A DNA stretch of 63,773 nt, counting the filler, from Bigelowiella natans CCMP2755 (lineage: Eukaryota; Protista; Cercozoa), in the NCBI GenBank assembly GCA_000320545.1. It is 9 parts of 9 records of this genome, joined end to end, with 100 filler letters (N's around TTAATTAATTAA, not from the genome) between each part and the next. Parts side by side here need not be neighbours in the genome. Positions count along the whole stretch, not along the records: positions 25,085 to 41,314 come from ADNK01001111.1; positions 41,415 to 43,822 come from ADNK01002493.1; positions 43,923 to 45,352 come from ADNK01002925.1; positions 45,453 to 52,183 come from ADNK01002611.1; 5 more parts are not named here. One strand, given 5' to 3'. The stretch's first letter is position 1, and each line of letters starts with the position of its first letter. The translations under genes were made by a program, and so were the position numbers. The notes beneath the pieces are model-generated. The model saw only the letters and a program-made list of their open reading frames with translations, made no database searches and was not told the origin of the DNA. Below are positions 36,469 through 49,901 of the stretch, in pieces.

Positions 36469-38123
36469 AATGGCGTTACCGTTGTGCGACAAGGAAATAG
36501 TGACCATTGCGGAAAAGTCGGCACAGAAAGATAGATCTAGCCAGCGCGCAGATAGATCACTCTACACATCTCCTTGCCTTCGCCTGCCCTTGTCTAAAAT
36601 CTCTCTTCCTCCGGCGTAAGAAAGATGAGGTCGAAAATCATCACCAGTGTTTTATGCGGAATTGCATTTTTCGCGATGATCACGGTCCTTCCGCTCGAGA
36701 GTTGGTTTCGCATGCTAGTCGGCCTTCCCAATGGGTAAGTAATAACGATTTCAAGCAAGCGAAATGTGATTGACCGTTAACACTCTCCCCACTGAATTCC
36801 AGTTACACAAATTTGGACGGCGAGTTTGATGGCGTTCACAAATCAATGGTCCTTGATGCAATGAGCTCCGGTCAAGTGCCCTCGAGCAGAAACCTTCGCA
36901 TCTCTCTTTCAATCCGAAATTACCCCAGTCGAGATCGTCTTGCGGTCTGCCTTACTCTATTCCCTGCTAGTAAAACCCAGAAAGAGATTCTTGATGCAGT
37001 TGAAAAGAGTTACAAACGAAACCAGCCTTGTCATCAACATGAAACGGTGCGGTTGGATCCAATACTGAGACGGCAGAGCGGTGTATCGAACAGTAGGCAG
37101 AGTGACTCAGAATTTAGGATTGGTGTGATTGACAGCGCCCATGACTTAGAAATCCACGGCTTGATCAGCGCTGGAGAGATCTCAGACGGCACGCAACTCG
37201 TATTCTACATTGAAAACCACAATATGGTGACAAACGCGCAAGGCTCTTTCAACCTTGAGACATCGGTCGATTCTCCCTATCAGACCATTCTTGTCAATTT
37301 GTTTTTCGGAACATCAGATAGCCTGTCTGATTTATTCGTGTGGATTGACGAAGTCTCGTCTCTTTCTACATTCGTGGGTGGGGCATGGGAATGGCTCATT
37401 CAATCTGAGCGCTGTGTTGAAACAAAACGAAGCTTTTGGGGCAACAAGACGATCAAGATCGAGTGGCTCAGAGGTCTCATGGCTAAGAGTATAGAGTTCA
37501 TCCCATATGAACTTGTAGTTGTCGAAGGTCATATCGTACTCTTGATCGAGGAGATCTGTGGTTTATTTGTCAATGGACATAGATTCATTGCAATACTGGT
37601 GATCGTGAATACCTTCATGTTTTACTACTTTGATGTCAAAAATCGGCTCGGAGACATAGGGATTTCCTCGATGAACTTCTCGCTAAAACATATTGTGAAA
37701 TCCTCATTTGCGCACGGTTCGGTCCTTCATCTGATTTCCAACATGTCAGCAATAGCGGCCATGGGTCCCAAGCTCCACCATGCGCTGGATTGTAGTGGAA
37801 ATCGGTGGATTGTCATTTACGCGTCTAGCGCTGTCGGAGCGGCTCTGTTGTCATGCTACGGTCCCTTCTCGAGGAGATATCAATATTCCGTAGGGGCAAG
37901 CGGGGCAATTTATGGTCTACAAGGCGCTTTATTCTCGTTGGCCCCAACACTCGCAAAACAAAGTAATTTGGTACAGTTTGCGACATGGGCTGTGATTGAC
38001 ACAGCGGAAACATTTCTGAGGCAGAATGGAAACATCGACATCCAGGGCCACGTTGGCGGTGCGGTGACGGGATTTGCAGTTGCAGCATTCCTCGAGCGAT
38101 TTGATCATCTTTTCGGGTTGTAA
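36469..38123 (+). CDS. Rhomboid-family intramembrane serine protease
   Basis: FAHGSVLHLISNM, SVGASGAIYG (catalytic Ser) and GHVGGAVTG (catalytic His). Two short 5' introns (~36616-36647, ~36735-36802) splice in phase into the 36813 ORF. Confidence 0.88.
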
Positions 38124-38344
38124 ATTACGCAAAGTTGTAGCTCATCGCATCATGCACGGCACGTAAGAGTCCTCCACATGCATGCAAGATGAGCGTACAA
38201 AAATATTTTGAAAATGAATGCACTTTCCAACAACAGTTATGCCAACATTGGCTGAAAAATGTACCAAAGAATCGAAGTGAAATGTGATGTCATCCATGAC
38301 TTTCCCATCATTTTCGCCAGTTTCTTCAATGTAGCAGCTGTTTC

Positions 38345-38670
38345 GAGCAAATGTAGCTTTGCAATGCTGCGGCTACAGCGCTTAAATTGTATCTATTTGT
38401 TATGTTATATTTGTATTAAGTATGTGCGTACGACGTTACATGTGCGGAAGTCATAATGCTCGACGCAAATGCAACTGTGCGACAACACGTACGTGCACAT
38501 TTTACCACTGCACGATATCGACGACATGACGTGGATGCTTTTAGTTGCATGAAGCACATAATAGCAGAAACAAACAGATACAGCATAAGCGCTGTAGCCG
38601 CCGCTCTGAATAGCCACATCAGGAAGGCAATTGAAAAGATTCAATCATGTCAGTACATCCGTCTCATTTT
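38345..38670. mobile_element. Two further copies of the short dispersed repeat in inverted orientation (~38345-38400 and ~38553-38670)
   Basis: ATGTAGCTTTGCAATGCTGCGGCTACAGCGCTTA (reverse-complement copy) and GCAGAAACAAACAGATACAGCATAAGCGCTGTAGCCGC...CATCAGGA..CAATTGAAAA..CATCCGTCTCAT. Confidence 0.75.
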
Positions 38671-38744
38671 AAAATTGCGGATGATAAATTGGACTTTCAC
38701 GTGCGACTGCTGAATCGTGTGAATGCACCAAACAACATATGTCC

Positions 38745-39208
38745 TTAGCATTCAAAGCTTCCATAGGACTTGCTATTATTACTATGACCTTTACCCTCGT
38801 CACTTTGGAAACTGGCACTACTTCGGTGATGCGTCTTGCTGTGCATATTGGAGCTACTTTTTCGACTACTATCACGATCCAGAAGATCCGCAGCAGGGTC
38901 TCCGTCCTCTTGCGCTGTCACTGGCAGCGTGGTAGGCCTTTCATCAAGGTCATCAACCAAGCCCGAAAGCGGCACGCACATAGCGGCGCATGTGAGGGTG
39001 CATGCTGCAGAAAAATAGGAATCGACATTAGTTAGTCGTTTGTTTAGCATTAGCGAGATGGGTGATGCTTCTTGTGCGCGGAACATGCGCGTGGGTGCGG
39101 CTTACTACCGGACAAGAAAAGCAGTACAATCTCATCGGCCAGCGTCCTGTAACTGCCTACAGAACGCACAAGCAACAAATCTAAGAACGGCAATAACCGA
39201 CATATAAA

Positions 39209-39240
<32 letters not shown>

Positions 39241-39450
39241 CGCCTTTGAGACCGCTCTTACCATGTGTCTGGCGAATCATACATTAGGTAGGAGGGGGGG
39301 GAGGAGGGATATGATATATCCTACTTTGCAATACTCCTATAGCAAGTAAGAGCACAGAGGGTCCCAAATTCACGCTGCATCCAAGGAACCCAACACTGAG
39401 GTAGGAGCCATTATAGCGAAGACGGGCGTCAAGATCATGATAAATTTTAA

Positions 39451-39481
<31 letters not shown>

Positions 39482-39485
39482 ATAT

Positions 39486-39526
<41 letters not shown>

Positions 39527-39666
39527 CGCAGGCAGCGAGAACCTGATCCCGACTTGGTCGCCGTTGCTGCAGAACTTACTTACAAGCCCCTGTGGAGGGT
39601 CATTGGTTGAGTGAAGAACAAGTTGTGAGGGGGAGGAACGCTTTAATTGCTAATAGGATATAATCG

Positions 39667-39703
<37 letters not shown>

Positions 39704-40280
39704 TATATAAACGTATATAATATACCCAGAAAATCGCGTTGAAGATCGACCAGAAAACGCCGAGGGCGCTCATCGCTGGCCATGGCCATCAATGTCAGAT
39801 TTAAGGCGCAGTGCAACACACAAAACACTTGTAACAGAACTGCTCTCATCGATCGATGACCCGGGGGGGGGGGGGATAGAGGACTAACATCAACAAGACA
39901 AACACGAGGACGATGTAGCATCGATTGCGCACACAGACAACACTTACCGATGTATGGCGTGATGGGATGAGAAAGCAGGGTTAATGCTGCGAAAACGGGG
40001 GCAAAGCAAAGAGTTGCGATCCCCATGTTTACGAGCAACATCCAGGCAAACATTAACGATGAGGGATACATAGTTATAGTGATATATCAAAGGATTTCGT
40101 TGGCTCCCCCCCCCCCCCCCCCCCGTTCCCACAGCTATTCCCGGGAGGTTTTAGTATCTTGTGTCTTTTCTTTACGATTATGATCTATACAGTGCATTTA
40201 AGTGCAGGTAAGCTGACCAAAAGTTTTACGGTGGCTTTGATATGCACGATGCTAGTCTCTCCGTCTTCTTATTCATCCTA

Positions 40281-40311
<31 letters not shown>

Positions 40312-40418
40312 CTTTCGCCGATTTTACATATGACTTTTTTGTAGACGCTGATGTAATCGACGACCAATCCTGCGGGTGTTCAGACTACGTTCAATGTTTA
40401 ACCGTACACGTTACTTTA

Positions 40419-40452
<34 letters not shown>

Positions 40453-40712
40453 TATATGCGTGTGTATGTGTGTGCATAAATCAGGATTTACTACAAATGA
40501 GCCCCCCCCCCCCCATTTTCATTAATGTAGCAGTCCCTGACCTATTAGAGGCCCCGTGATCGCGATCGTGCCCTTAGATTACCACGACGATGGTAACAAC
40601 GACAACGACAAGGACGACGACGATGCACGAGAATAAATCATCAATTTTAACTTAACAAATATCATCAAATGTCACCAGCACATTGTTTTATGCATATATG
40701 TGCGTGAGAGTT

Positions 40713-40768
<56 letters not shown>

Positions 40769-41113
40769 TTCATCATCACACCCTCCTAAGAATACTACGT
40801 GTAGTTTGGCTCTTTCACCTCAGGTAGAAGCAAGAGCATATCCGCCGTGGAGGTGTCCATAGAGTACCGCCGCTGCAGAATCCCAGACCCCACGCTGCGA
40901 TTGAGTATACATTCATTACTTTATCATCATCATCATCATCATCATGAGAAACGCAACGAGCCGTTCGCGGGCGTTCGCCATGACGCAAATCGCAGGGGGG
41001 GGGGGTCATTGATTCTTCTTCACCATATGAACCTGGATCTCTCAAACACCGCAGCTATTACCTGTAGAAGGGAACGAACGCTGAGTAAGCTGCCATCCCA
41101 AGGGCAAGGGACC
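38745..41113 (-). CDS. Multi-exon multi-pass membrane protein of unknown function (5' end in gap)
   Basis: Hydrophobic exons YPSSLMFAWMLLVNMGIATLCFAPVFAALTLL and SMRAVLLQVFCVLHCALNLTLM. Terminal exon ACTLTCAAMCVPL...KSYGSFEC*. Confidence 0.55.
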
Positions 41114-41255
41114 TGACGGTGAGGGAGGGTCGCAAATGATGCCAAGATTAGCTACTCTCTTCGGAATCGTTCTTGACGTGGATTGACGAGGAGGACAACG
41201 ATGACGACGACCACCACCACAAAGCGGATGATGATTGTGCTGCGTTTTCTTTGTT

Positions 41256-41293
<38 letters not shown>

Positions 41294-41856
41294 AAGGGGG
41301 GGGGGGGGGGGGGGNNNNNNNNNNNNNNNNNNNNNNNNNNNNNNNNNNNNNNNNNNNNTTAATTAATTAANNNNNNNNNNNNNNNNNNNNNNNNNNNNNN
41401 NNNNNNNNNNNNNNAGGAAGGGAGGGAAAGAAGGCTGCTGCTTCTCCCATTTAAGGGGGGGGGTGGACTCAGAAGCGCAAGCCATTCTTCGCGTGCGGGC
41501 ACGGGGAGGAAGGTGATGCATGCCATGATATACGCAAATGCAATACGATGTTGAAGAAGAAGAAGGAGAAGAGAGTAGGGAGACCGAATCTTATACCTGC
41601 GTATGCTCTCTGCACACACGCACACACGCGCACGCACAAACGGCGATGTATTATTAAAGATATTTATATAATGATCGCTGGATCTTATCTTTCTTATTAC
41701 GATTTATGGCAGATTGTTGCTTTACCGTTTTCGAGCAACGATGTGCGGGTAGTTGCAGGAAGCAATGAGCTCATGCGCAGTGATGACAGTTATAACAATC
41801 AAAACGCCTCCTCTGTGCCCCTCCACGCTCACACTGGTGAATACACCTCCTCTCGA

Positions 41857-41890
<34 letters not shown>

Positions 41891-42008
41891 TATGATTATT
41901 ATGTATTTTGATATGCATGTATGGTCCCCGTGTGGTTCAAAAATTAACGAGAGTAGGTAGAAGGAGGCAAAAAGGTTGATGATGAGTAAGATGAGTAAGA
42001 TGATGAGT

Positions 42009-42046
<38 letters not shown>

Positions 42047-42049
42047 AAG

Positions 42050-42148
42050 GCATCGTAGAGCTGCTCACAAGGCCAACAGGAATCCTTGATCCGAGCGTGC
42101 TTGTGAGGCCGACGTTCGGGCAAATGGATGGTACGGTGCAGCAGCAGC

Positions 42149-42179
<31 letters not shown>

Positions 42180-42447
42180 ATGGTCACAGATAAAGTAGTA
42201 CTAGTACTAGTAGTAGCACCGGGAATAAGTAGTAGTAATAGTAGCTATTCATTCGAAACGCGATTAGTGGTGGGCCTACGCAACACATGTAGCGCCCCAT
42301 TTCACGACGACTTGTGTTATGATCAATTCGCTGCTGCAGATCTACTCAGCGAGCTTTACGGCCGAATAAGGGCAGGGCACCGCGCTCTGGTACATACGAT
42401 GGCAGCATCTTATTATCCCCCAGCATGCCAATTCGTCGCACTCACAG

Positions 42448-42485
<38 letters not shown>

Positions 42486-42486
42486 C

Positions 42487-42526
<40 letters not shown>

Positions 42527-42689
42527 TGTTATATTGTGTATTACGACGATTCCATAGGTCGTGGCTCTTACGAGAGTATCTGCGGAAAAGCTTTCAAATT
42601 TCCTGAACAACAGAGGGGTATGTGTTGCTTATGACTTCACAATATAATATTGCGTGCTGTACAATGCTCTGCATGCTCTACACACACGG

Positions 42690-42742
<53 letters not shown>

Positions 42743-43087
42743 TATACTATGACACACATATATACAGGTGCGAGCCATATGGGATGCACTGTGACGTGAA
42801 GCCTATACAGCGTTTGAGGTGCTGCTTTTTGCTTACATCGGAGCACAACCATTCTCCCCTTCTCCCTCTCTCTTCTCTCCCTTTCTTTCTCTATCTGTCT
42901 ACCCAATTGACAATATATGTGCGTGCGTGTGTGTGTGTGTGCGTGCGTGTGTGTGTGTGTGTGTGTGCGTGTGCGTCGTGTGGGAATGAAATAATAAAAG
43001 GATTTTGGCTGCTCTGCGGCGGGGTGTGTTTGATGTCGTTGTTGGGGTCAATCTGTTAAGGTAAAGAATAACAATCTACACAGTACA

Positions 43088-43119
<32 letters not shown>

Positions 43120-43450
43120 TCTGTGTGCTATGGCCTGCAATGACTTCTGAACAATACGGAGCAATCCCATCGTATAATGCACATACAGCAGCAAATCGCC
43201 ACACACACCGCACTTCCCCCTCTCCTCCCCTCTTCTTGCGTCTATTTCCACTCACCGCCATCGTGATTGATCGTCAAAAAAAGAGAAGGGTTGGATCTCC
43301 CGGAGGTATCGCTCGTGGCTATTATGGACGCCGATAAAGAGGGGTTTCTTCGATCTGGTAATGATTGACCACCAGTTATTTGTAGTGTGCGATGTCGTAA
43401 TGATGCATTCGGCGCGTGCTAGTAGTAGCAGTACCCAAAGGGATTTCGAA

Positions 43451-43488
<38 letters not shown>

Positions 43489-43686
43489 TACAGCTGACTT
43501 TATTGCGGTATCCGGGAGATATTATATACCTTTAAATGTTAGCGAAGAACTTCTTCTGTCTTTTGATATAATCAGTTTGAGTGATGTGTTATTGATGGCC
43601 GTGTGTGTGTGTGTGCTATTTGTTGTGGTGTTTGGTAGAATCTAGCCTTATTCAGATTATCGGCCGTGCCGCACGTCATATCAACG
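42050..43686 (+). CDS. uvrB: Excinuclease ABC subunit B (UvrB), helicase C-terminal half, split by spliceosomal introns (partial)
   Basis: Exons [26 protein letters not shown] / [17 protein letters not shown] / [20 protein letters not shown] / [16 protein letters not shown] / [21 protein letters not shown] / [24 protein letters not shown] / [17 protein letters not shown], collinear with the bacterial UvrB consensus. One extra G at 42781-42783. Confidence 0.93.
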
Positions 43687-44274
43687 GTACTCTTATTGCA
43701 TTCATTACTATGTACTTTTCTTCCCACCCCCCTCCTCCTCCTCCTCCTCCTCCTCCTCCTCCTCCTCCTCCTCCTTCCCATGCTTCTCCTTTGACTTTTT
43801 CTTCTCCGCCATACGACGTTTGNNNNNNNNNNNNNNNNNNNNNNNNNNNNNNNNNNNNNNNNNNNNTTAATTAATTAANNNNNNNNNNNNNNNNNNNNNN
43901 NNNNNNNNNNNNNNNNNNNNNNGCTGCTCCGTCGAGCCCGTCGTCGGGCCAGAGAATCGAAGCCAGCATTGGTCTAGTCGTGCATCATCGGAGAGGGGAG
44001 AACGCAGGGGGGGAGAGGGGGGGGGGGGAATTACATGAGAGACGTAATAGAGGATCATCTTCCTCATGAGAGACTATAATGACGTATCTGTTATCAATCC
44101 CAACTCTTCCGTGTCTTTTCAAATCCCCCCTCCCTCTGCCCACTTTTATTCGGGCCGAAGGCAAGGGTTTCACTACGAGCTGTTGGGGGACTGCGACATT
44201 GTGATTGCAGGTACCATATCGTACACGCACTGCGACTAAAGGAGGGATGTGCATTGCGTTACGACGTGAAGTAC

Positions 44275-44309
<35 letters not shown>

Positions 44310-44636
44310 ATTGTCCAGTAGTAGTAATAGTAGCCGCATTGCTTGCAATAGTGGGGGTGTGGGACAATGAGGTGTGTCAGTAGAGGCGCGTTATGAATAC
44401 ATAATGGCAGATTGTTATCTTTTGATCTAGAGGATGATGATACATCTTCTTCCTCCTCTTCCCCCTGCTCCTCCTCCTCTACCTTGCCACCTACTCAGAG
44501 CTAATGAAGCTGCTGAAATGGGACGAGGAAGAGAAGGAGGGGGAGAAGAAGAAGAAAAAGAAGAAGGCTAAGATCGGTTATATCAACTTCTCTCTATGCC
44601 CCTCTCTCTCACACACATACACACACACACACACAC

Positions 44637-44679
<43 letters not shown>

Positions 44680-45477
44680 CTCGCTCTCGTAGCAGCAGCA
44701 GTAACACGGTTCATAACCCACCATCTTTCCTCGCATACTTTCCAACTATTGCCCGTCATCACATTATCATCACATTACCATCATCATCATCAGCAAATGT
44801 CCGCATGTCGTCCGAGCCATCGTCGAGGCAGAATCACGTACTCTCCACCAAGCGGCGCAATAGGTACTAGAGTTCGGGGGGTGGGGGGGGGGGGGGGGGG
44901 GGAAATTTAGGTTTAGGGTTAAGGGGGGGGGGGGGAAAAGATTTTTTTACAAATTCTTTTCTCCCTTCTTCCCTGGCCCCAAAAAAACCAATTGCAAGAG
45001 TCCAAACCCCCCAACCTCCCCGCCCCCCTTGCCGGGCCCTTTGATTGGTTTTTTTCCTTGAACCAAAAAGGAAGATAAGGAAAGTAGAACCTCAAAAGAA
45101 AAAAGGGACCCATTTTTTTATTTTTCTTGTTAAAACCATCCCGGGGAAAAAACCACTTGTACATGAAGGCATCCGGCAGCATCTAAACCTTTGTTCGTGG
45201 AACACAGATTTCCCCGTGGTTCGAGACCCCCGTTTTCAATGGCCGAACCTGAGAGATACATATAGTATCCCCCACTTGCCCCAAATATATACTTTGGGCG
45301 GGCACCCGGATCATTTATTTTTTTTCCCCCCCATAGACTCTAAAAATAGGGGNNNNNNNNNNNNNNNNNNNNNNNNNNNNNNNNNNNNNNNNNNNNTTAA
45401 TTAATTAANNNNNNNNNNNNNNNNNNNNNNNNNNNNNNNNNNNNNNNNNNNNGGAGAAGACAAGACAGAGAGCATGT

Positions 45478-45597
45478 AGTACCTCTCCTCGCTGTAGCAA
45501 GAACAGCAAGAGCATGATTCCATGTGGCAACAATACCTAAAGCAACCACGATAAATGACTTTACGACGGCTCCGTTCCTCCTTCCCCTCCCCATCAC

Positions 45598-45633
<36 letters not shown>

Positions 45634-45969
45634 CAATATGGTGTGCGTGTGTGTGTGTGTGTTCGAAGGAAAGGAGAGGAAATGTAGGTGGTCGTGTGTT
45701 GTTGTTGTTGTTGTTGTTGTTGTTTACATACCAGCACTGCAGGCACGAGAAACAACGTTTGTGCACGGCCGGGACCTGTGTTTCATTCATTGTTGCAGGG
45801 AGGGGGGGGGGGGAATAAAGCAATCGATTACTTTTAGAAAGAGCTGATGAGTGTTGTCAAACAGCGAAGACAGAGACGAAAGTGTGCCCTATGATACAGC
45901 GGCGCTTGTCCTTTTTTACATGTCGCAAGAAGAATCACTGTGATCCAGCTTTCTTTCGTTGGAACATTA

Positions 45970-46015
<46 letters not shown>

Positions 46016-48031
46016 GCTTTCACTTTTGAGAGACGCTCAAGCATTTTAAGCGTGGCGGATTAGACTCCTCTATGCTACTGATATGCAGTTGCAGCAGCTG
46101 ATATTACTTTCTTTCCTTCCATTGCCATTGCCTTGTCATCACGACACCCCTTGTTGATGATAGTAGTGGATCGATGTCAATGGAAGAACAAGAAGAAGAA
46201 GAAGAAGAAGAAGAAGAAGAAGGCCACACGACGAAGAGTAGCGGTAATCTTTGTTTCAGTGCATTTTGTTGATTTAAAGCAAGTCGATAGATGTAGCCCT
46301 CCCCCTCCTTCCTCAGCGACTCCTCCTCCCTCATCATCCTCACACCCATACCTTGAGGTCAAACAAATATGTCCATTTGATTCCACTTGGAAGGGCGTTG
46401 GCCATTGCTAACGAGGTAGAGAGCACATATGCACTGTTAGCGCTTTTCGGTGTTGAAGAAGCAGATAATATATATATTTATATACATAAAAGTGCTGTAT
46501 TTCTATGTAAGCAGCATGTATGTTATGCACACATGCTCACTGACCGACGAAGACGCTGTTTTTGATTTTGAAGTGAGCGAAGAACGTAACGATTAGCGTA
46601 TCGTCTTGGAGCATGATCGCGACCTTGATGATTTAGAAAGCAGAATGATGAATCTTTCTATTATGCTGCTGTCGCTACCCGCGGTATACAGACGACGGTG
46701 GAGCTCATTATGTTTGCGGCGAAGAGAAATGGCGCTGCTGCCTTGGTTTTCCTCGTCACTGCACACGCGCATTTCAGCCAGGGCATGGGTGATAGTGTTG
46801 TTATCATATTATAGTTGGTATTGGTATTATTACGAAGTCTTTAGTGCGCTCGAGAAGGGCTTGGTGATCTCCCGCGCTCATTTCCTGCAATAAGTCATCA
46901 TTATCATCATCATCATCAACATCATCGTCATCATCATCGCCGCACACCCTCATCTACGCAATGATTCGAGTCAATTGGTAGCTGCCGTCCCTGCCCCACC
47001 CCCACACGGGAGATGATGAGCTTCTCAGCTTAATCGTCATCGATATGTACGCGGATGGCGGCGCTATTAACGAGTCGTTCCAGCACACCTTTATCAGAAA
47101 TTTGCCTCCGTTGGTTCGCGTCATCCTTGATCCTCCTTTCCCCCCCCCTGAAGAAGAGAGAGAAACACACACACACACACTGCGTCACTATTCTGCGCCA
47201 TGAGCTAAACCGAGTCGGGGACAGTGAAAGGTAGACACAGAGGATGTGTTTGTATGTGTATGTGTATGTGTATGTGTGTGAGTGCGTGTGCGTGTGCGTG
47301 TGCGTGTGCGTGTGCGTGTGTGCCTGTCTTATCACCTTCGGAGAGGTTCTTAAAGGAGAAACCATTCAAAAAGTCGGGATCAACCTACAGATTATGGCGA
47401 GGGGACGGGAAGGAAGTATATATCAATGATTATGCGATGAAATAGAAATAATAGTCATATTCCTACATTGAATTTCCCTCTTATCTTGGCCCATTCACTA
47501 TCGTTGAAAAACTCGGCCTGGGTGGGGGGGAGAAGGGGGAGTTAAAAGAGGGGGGAGCGGGAGGAACTCGTACAGTGGGTTGTGTGTCCACTAAAATTCG
47601 GTTGCAGGTAAAGGCTACGTTACTATCTACATGCCTAAACAACCTTCTCCTTCTTTTCCCCAACAGTCATTTCGCCCTTCTTTTCCACAAGCTTCGATTG
47701 TTCTCCTCCTAAGGATAGCGAGACATGTTTACACAAAAACAACGCGCATATATCTATCAGAAATACACCTCCCTCTCTTCTATTTTTTCAATTTTTTTTC
47801 CACCCCCCTCTTGGTCGTTCTAGATACGCAGGTATTGTTGGCTGCCCATGAAGAAATTGCGGACGAATGGTTTCAGCGTCACCAGATTTGAGCCCGGATT
47901 TGATGCTTTCATTAGCATTTGTGCTTCCAGATCCCTGGCAAACGCATAATCGTTGTGAGATAATTCGTTTTAGATCCCAAGAAAAATCGAAATTTCTGAG
48001 CATTACCTTCATATTTACTGCACAAACTCAA

Positions 48032-48069
<38 letters not shown>

Positions 48070-48360
48070 CATGCATGCATTATATACTGCCACCTGCGTC
48101 ACCATAGCGGGAATCTGTAGTGATTTTTCCTTTGTATGCAGAAGAACGAATTCTTTTTCTCTTCCTCAGGCTCTGTGAAAATGATATATTAAAAAAAAAG
48201 AGAGAGATGGCGTGTAAGCACATGCTTGCATTTTCGCAGCAAAGAAGACAGATATATCTAAATTTTAGTCACTATACAGCATCCTTGGCTCTCCCTTACA
48301 GATTAGTTGTTCTTGGAATGCAACTATGGGTCACACCAGATGAACGAAATTCCAATTGGA
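45478..48360 (-). CDS. Fragmentary multi-exon gene of unknown function
   Basis: Several minus-strand AG..GT-bounded open segments between microsatellite introns, e.g. VDPDFLNGFSFKNLSE (~47334-47382) and VPAVHKRCFSCLQCW (~45732-45775). No family recognised. Confidence 0.35.
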
Positions 48361-49901
48361 GCTTAGGAAAGCGTCTCCATAAAAGAAAGAAAAAATTATT
48401 AAGACTACTAGGTACTCTCCCCGTGAAATTCTGCAGTAAGTATTGTTATAAAAAGCATGTATTACCCCTATTTTTTTGAAAAATAGTTCCTACTCCCCTC
48501 CTATCTGTCTGGAGTACGATTGGGTGCAGGGGGAGGGTGTGGTGTGTTCAAGGATTACTGCAGGAAATGGTACAGATCTTTGAGCTTCAGGTTTTCAACA
48601 AATCAACGCTATTCGGGACAACGACATCAATATATACATGTCGTCTATTTAATATATAGCTCATTTAAGCAAATATATCCCGCAGACAGGTCGAATTTGC
48701 CCGGAAAAAAAAGAGATTTTTTCTTTAAAGCGCCTTTTTTTTATTGTCGTCACGATTGAGCAGTCTGTTTCTCGTACGATTTTGTTGAAATGTGTTTTCC
48801 ACCAGAACAAGTTGAGTTTCAATCTGACAGCTATCTGAATGCCGTGTTAGTTTTCAAAATTTAGCTCAAACACGAAGCATATATTATCAAAAGTACTACA
48901 TTTTCATAAATGTTCAAGAAGAGAATGCTTACTTTCTTCAAATTGTCTTTATGGGCCTATTTGGGGTATAATAGAGGTCTTTCTTAATATTTTTTAATAA
49001 TTCCCGGATATTGTCTTTTAGGTCTCACAACTTTTCAGATAGTCTAGGAATAAAACATCTAAAAAATATTCGAAATAGTTACAAAAATTAAAAATTCGAA
49101 CATGTCGGCAAACATAATTATACCAATAAAATATGAAACTTTCTCAATATTTTAATATTCAAATTCTTGCTCGGGTTCGGATCTTTTCCAGCTACGTGCC
49201 AGCCCGAAAACCATGTTTCAGCATTAAACCTCAGATCATGTGCCGACAGTTAGAAGGCCGGAATAAAAGCGAAAAAAATCGCGTACATCCAGCCCACAAT
49301 GGAGCGGGATTGCCTGTTCCACAAAAACCAATTCCTATAGTAGAAAGTTCGTAGAACGTTTAAGTTTGTTGTTTTGATTATTCTTCATTTTAATCTTCAC
49401 TCTCACTGGCAGTCCCAAATAGATGCTACGCTTTACAGGTTAACATTCCATATAAAATTTCCTGATTCCTCGACTCGAAATTTTGCAGCAATATATTATT
49501 TTTATTGTTGTAATCCATGCAACAACATGTTCATAATTAGCCCCTAAAATATCTAAATATTTCAGAATATCGGATGCTTATTTACGGCTGTACGAGTGAC
49601 TGACTCTCTCTCCCCTTGGTGTTTCCCCCTCTAGGACAAGTCCACTGGAAGAGGCAAGTTTATAACAATTCATCAACAATTCATTGGTTTTCCTTCGGCT
49701 CTCCGAGGGATGGGTTGATACATCTTTTCTGACAAAAAACCGGACAATACCACCCCCTCAGATTTGCATCCGGGAGCTGTAGGCTGATGAAGCCCGTCCG
49801 GCTTTCTCCAAGGGATTGAGCATAGGGAATTTGAGTCGATTAAGCTTTGCTTGCTATTCTCAAGTAATTAGCGAGCCCGGTAGAGCTCATTCTTCAAAAT
49901 A

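Noticed and set aside
44880-45352. Homopolymer-rich region with a 119-aa ORF
   Set aside because: It follows a poly-G run at a contig end and looks like low-quality read stutter.
48450-49600. AT-rich stretch as an organellar or foreign insertion
   Set aside because: No recognisable organellar gene or RNA. It is consistent with divergent promoter or intergenic DNA.
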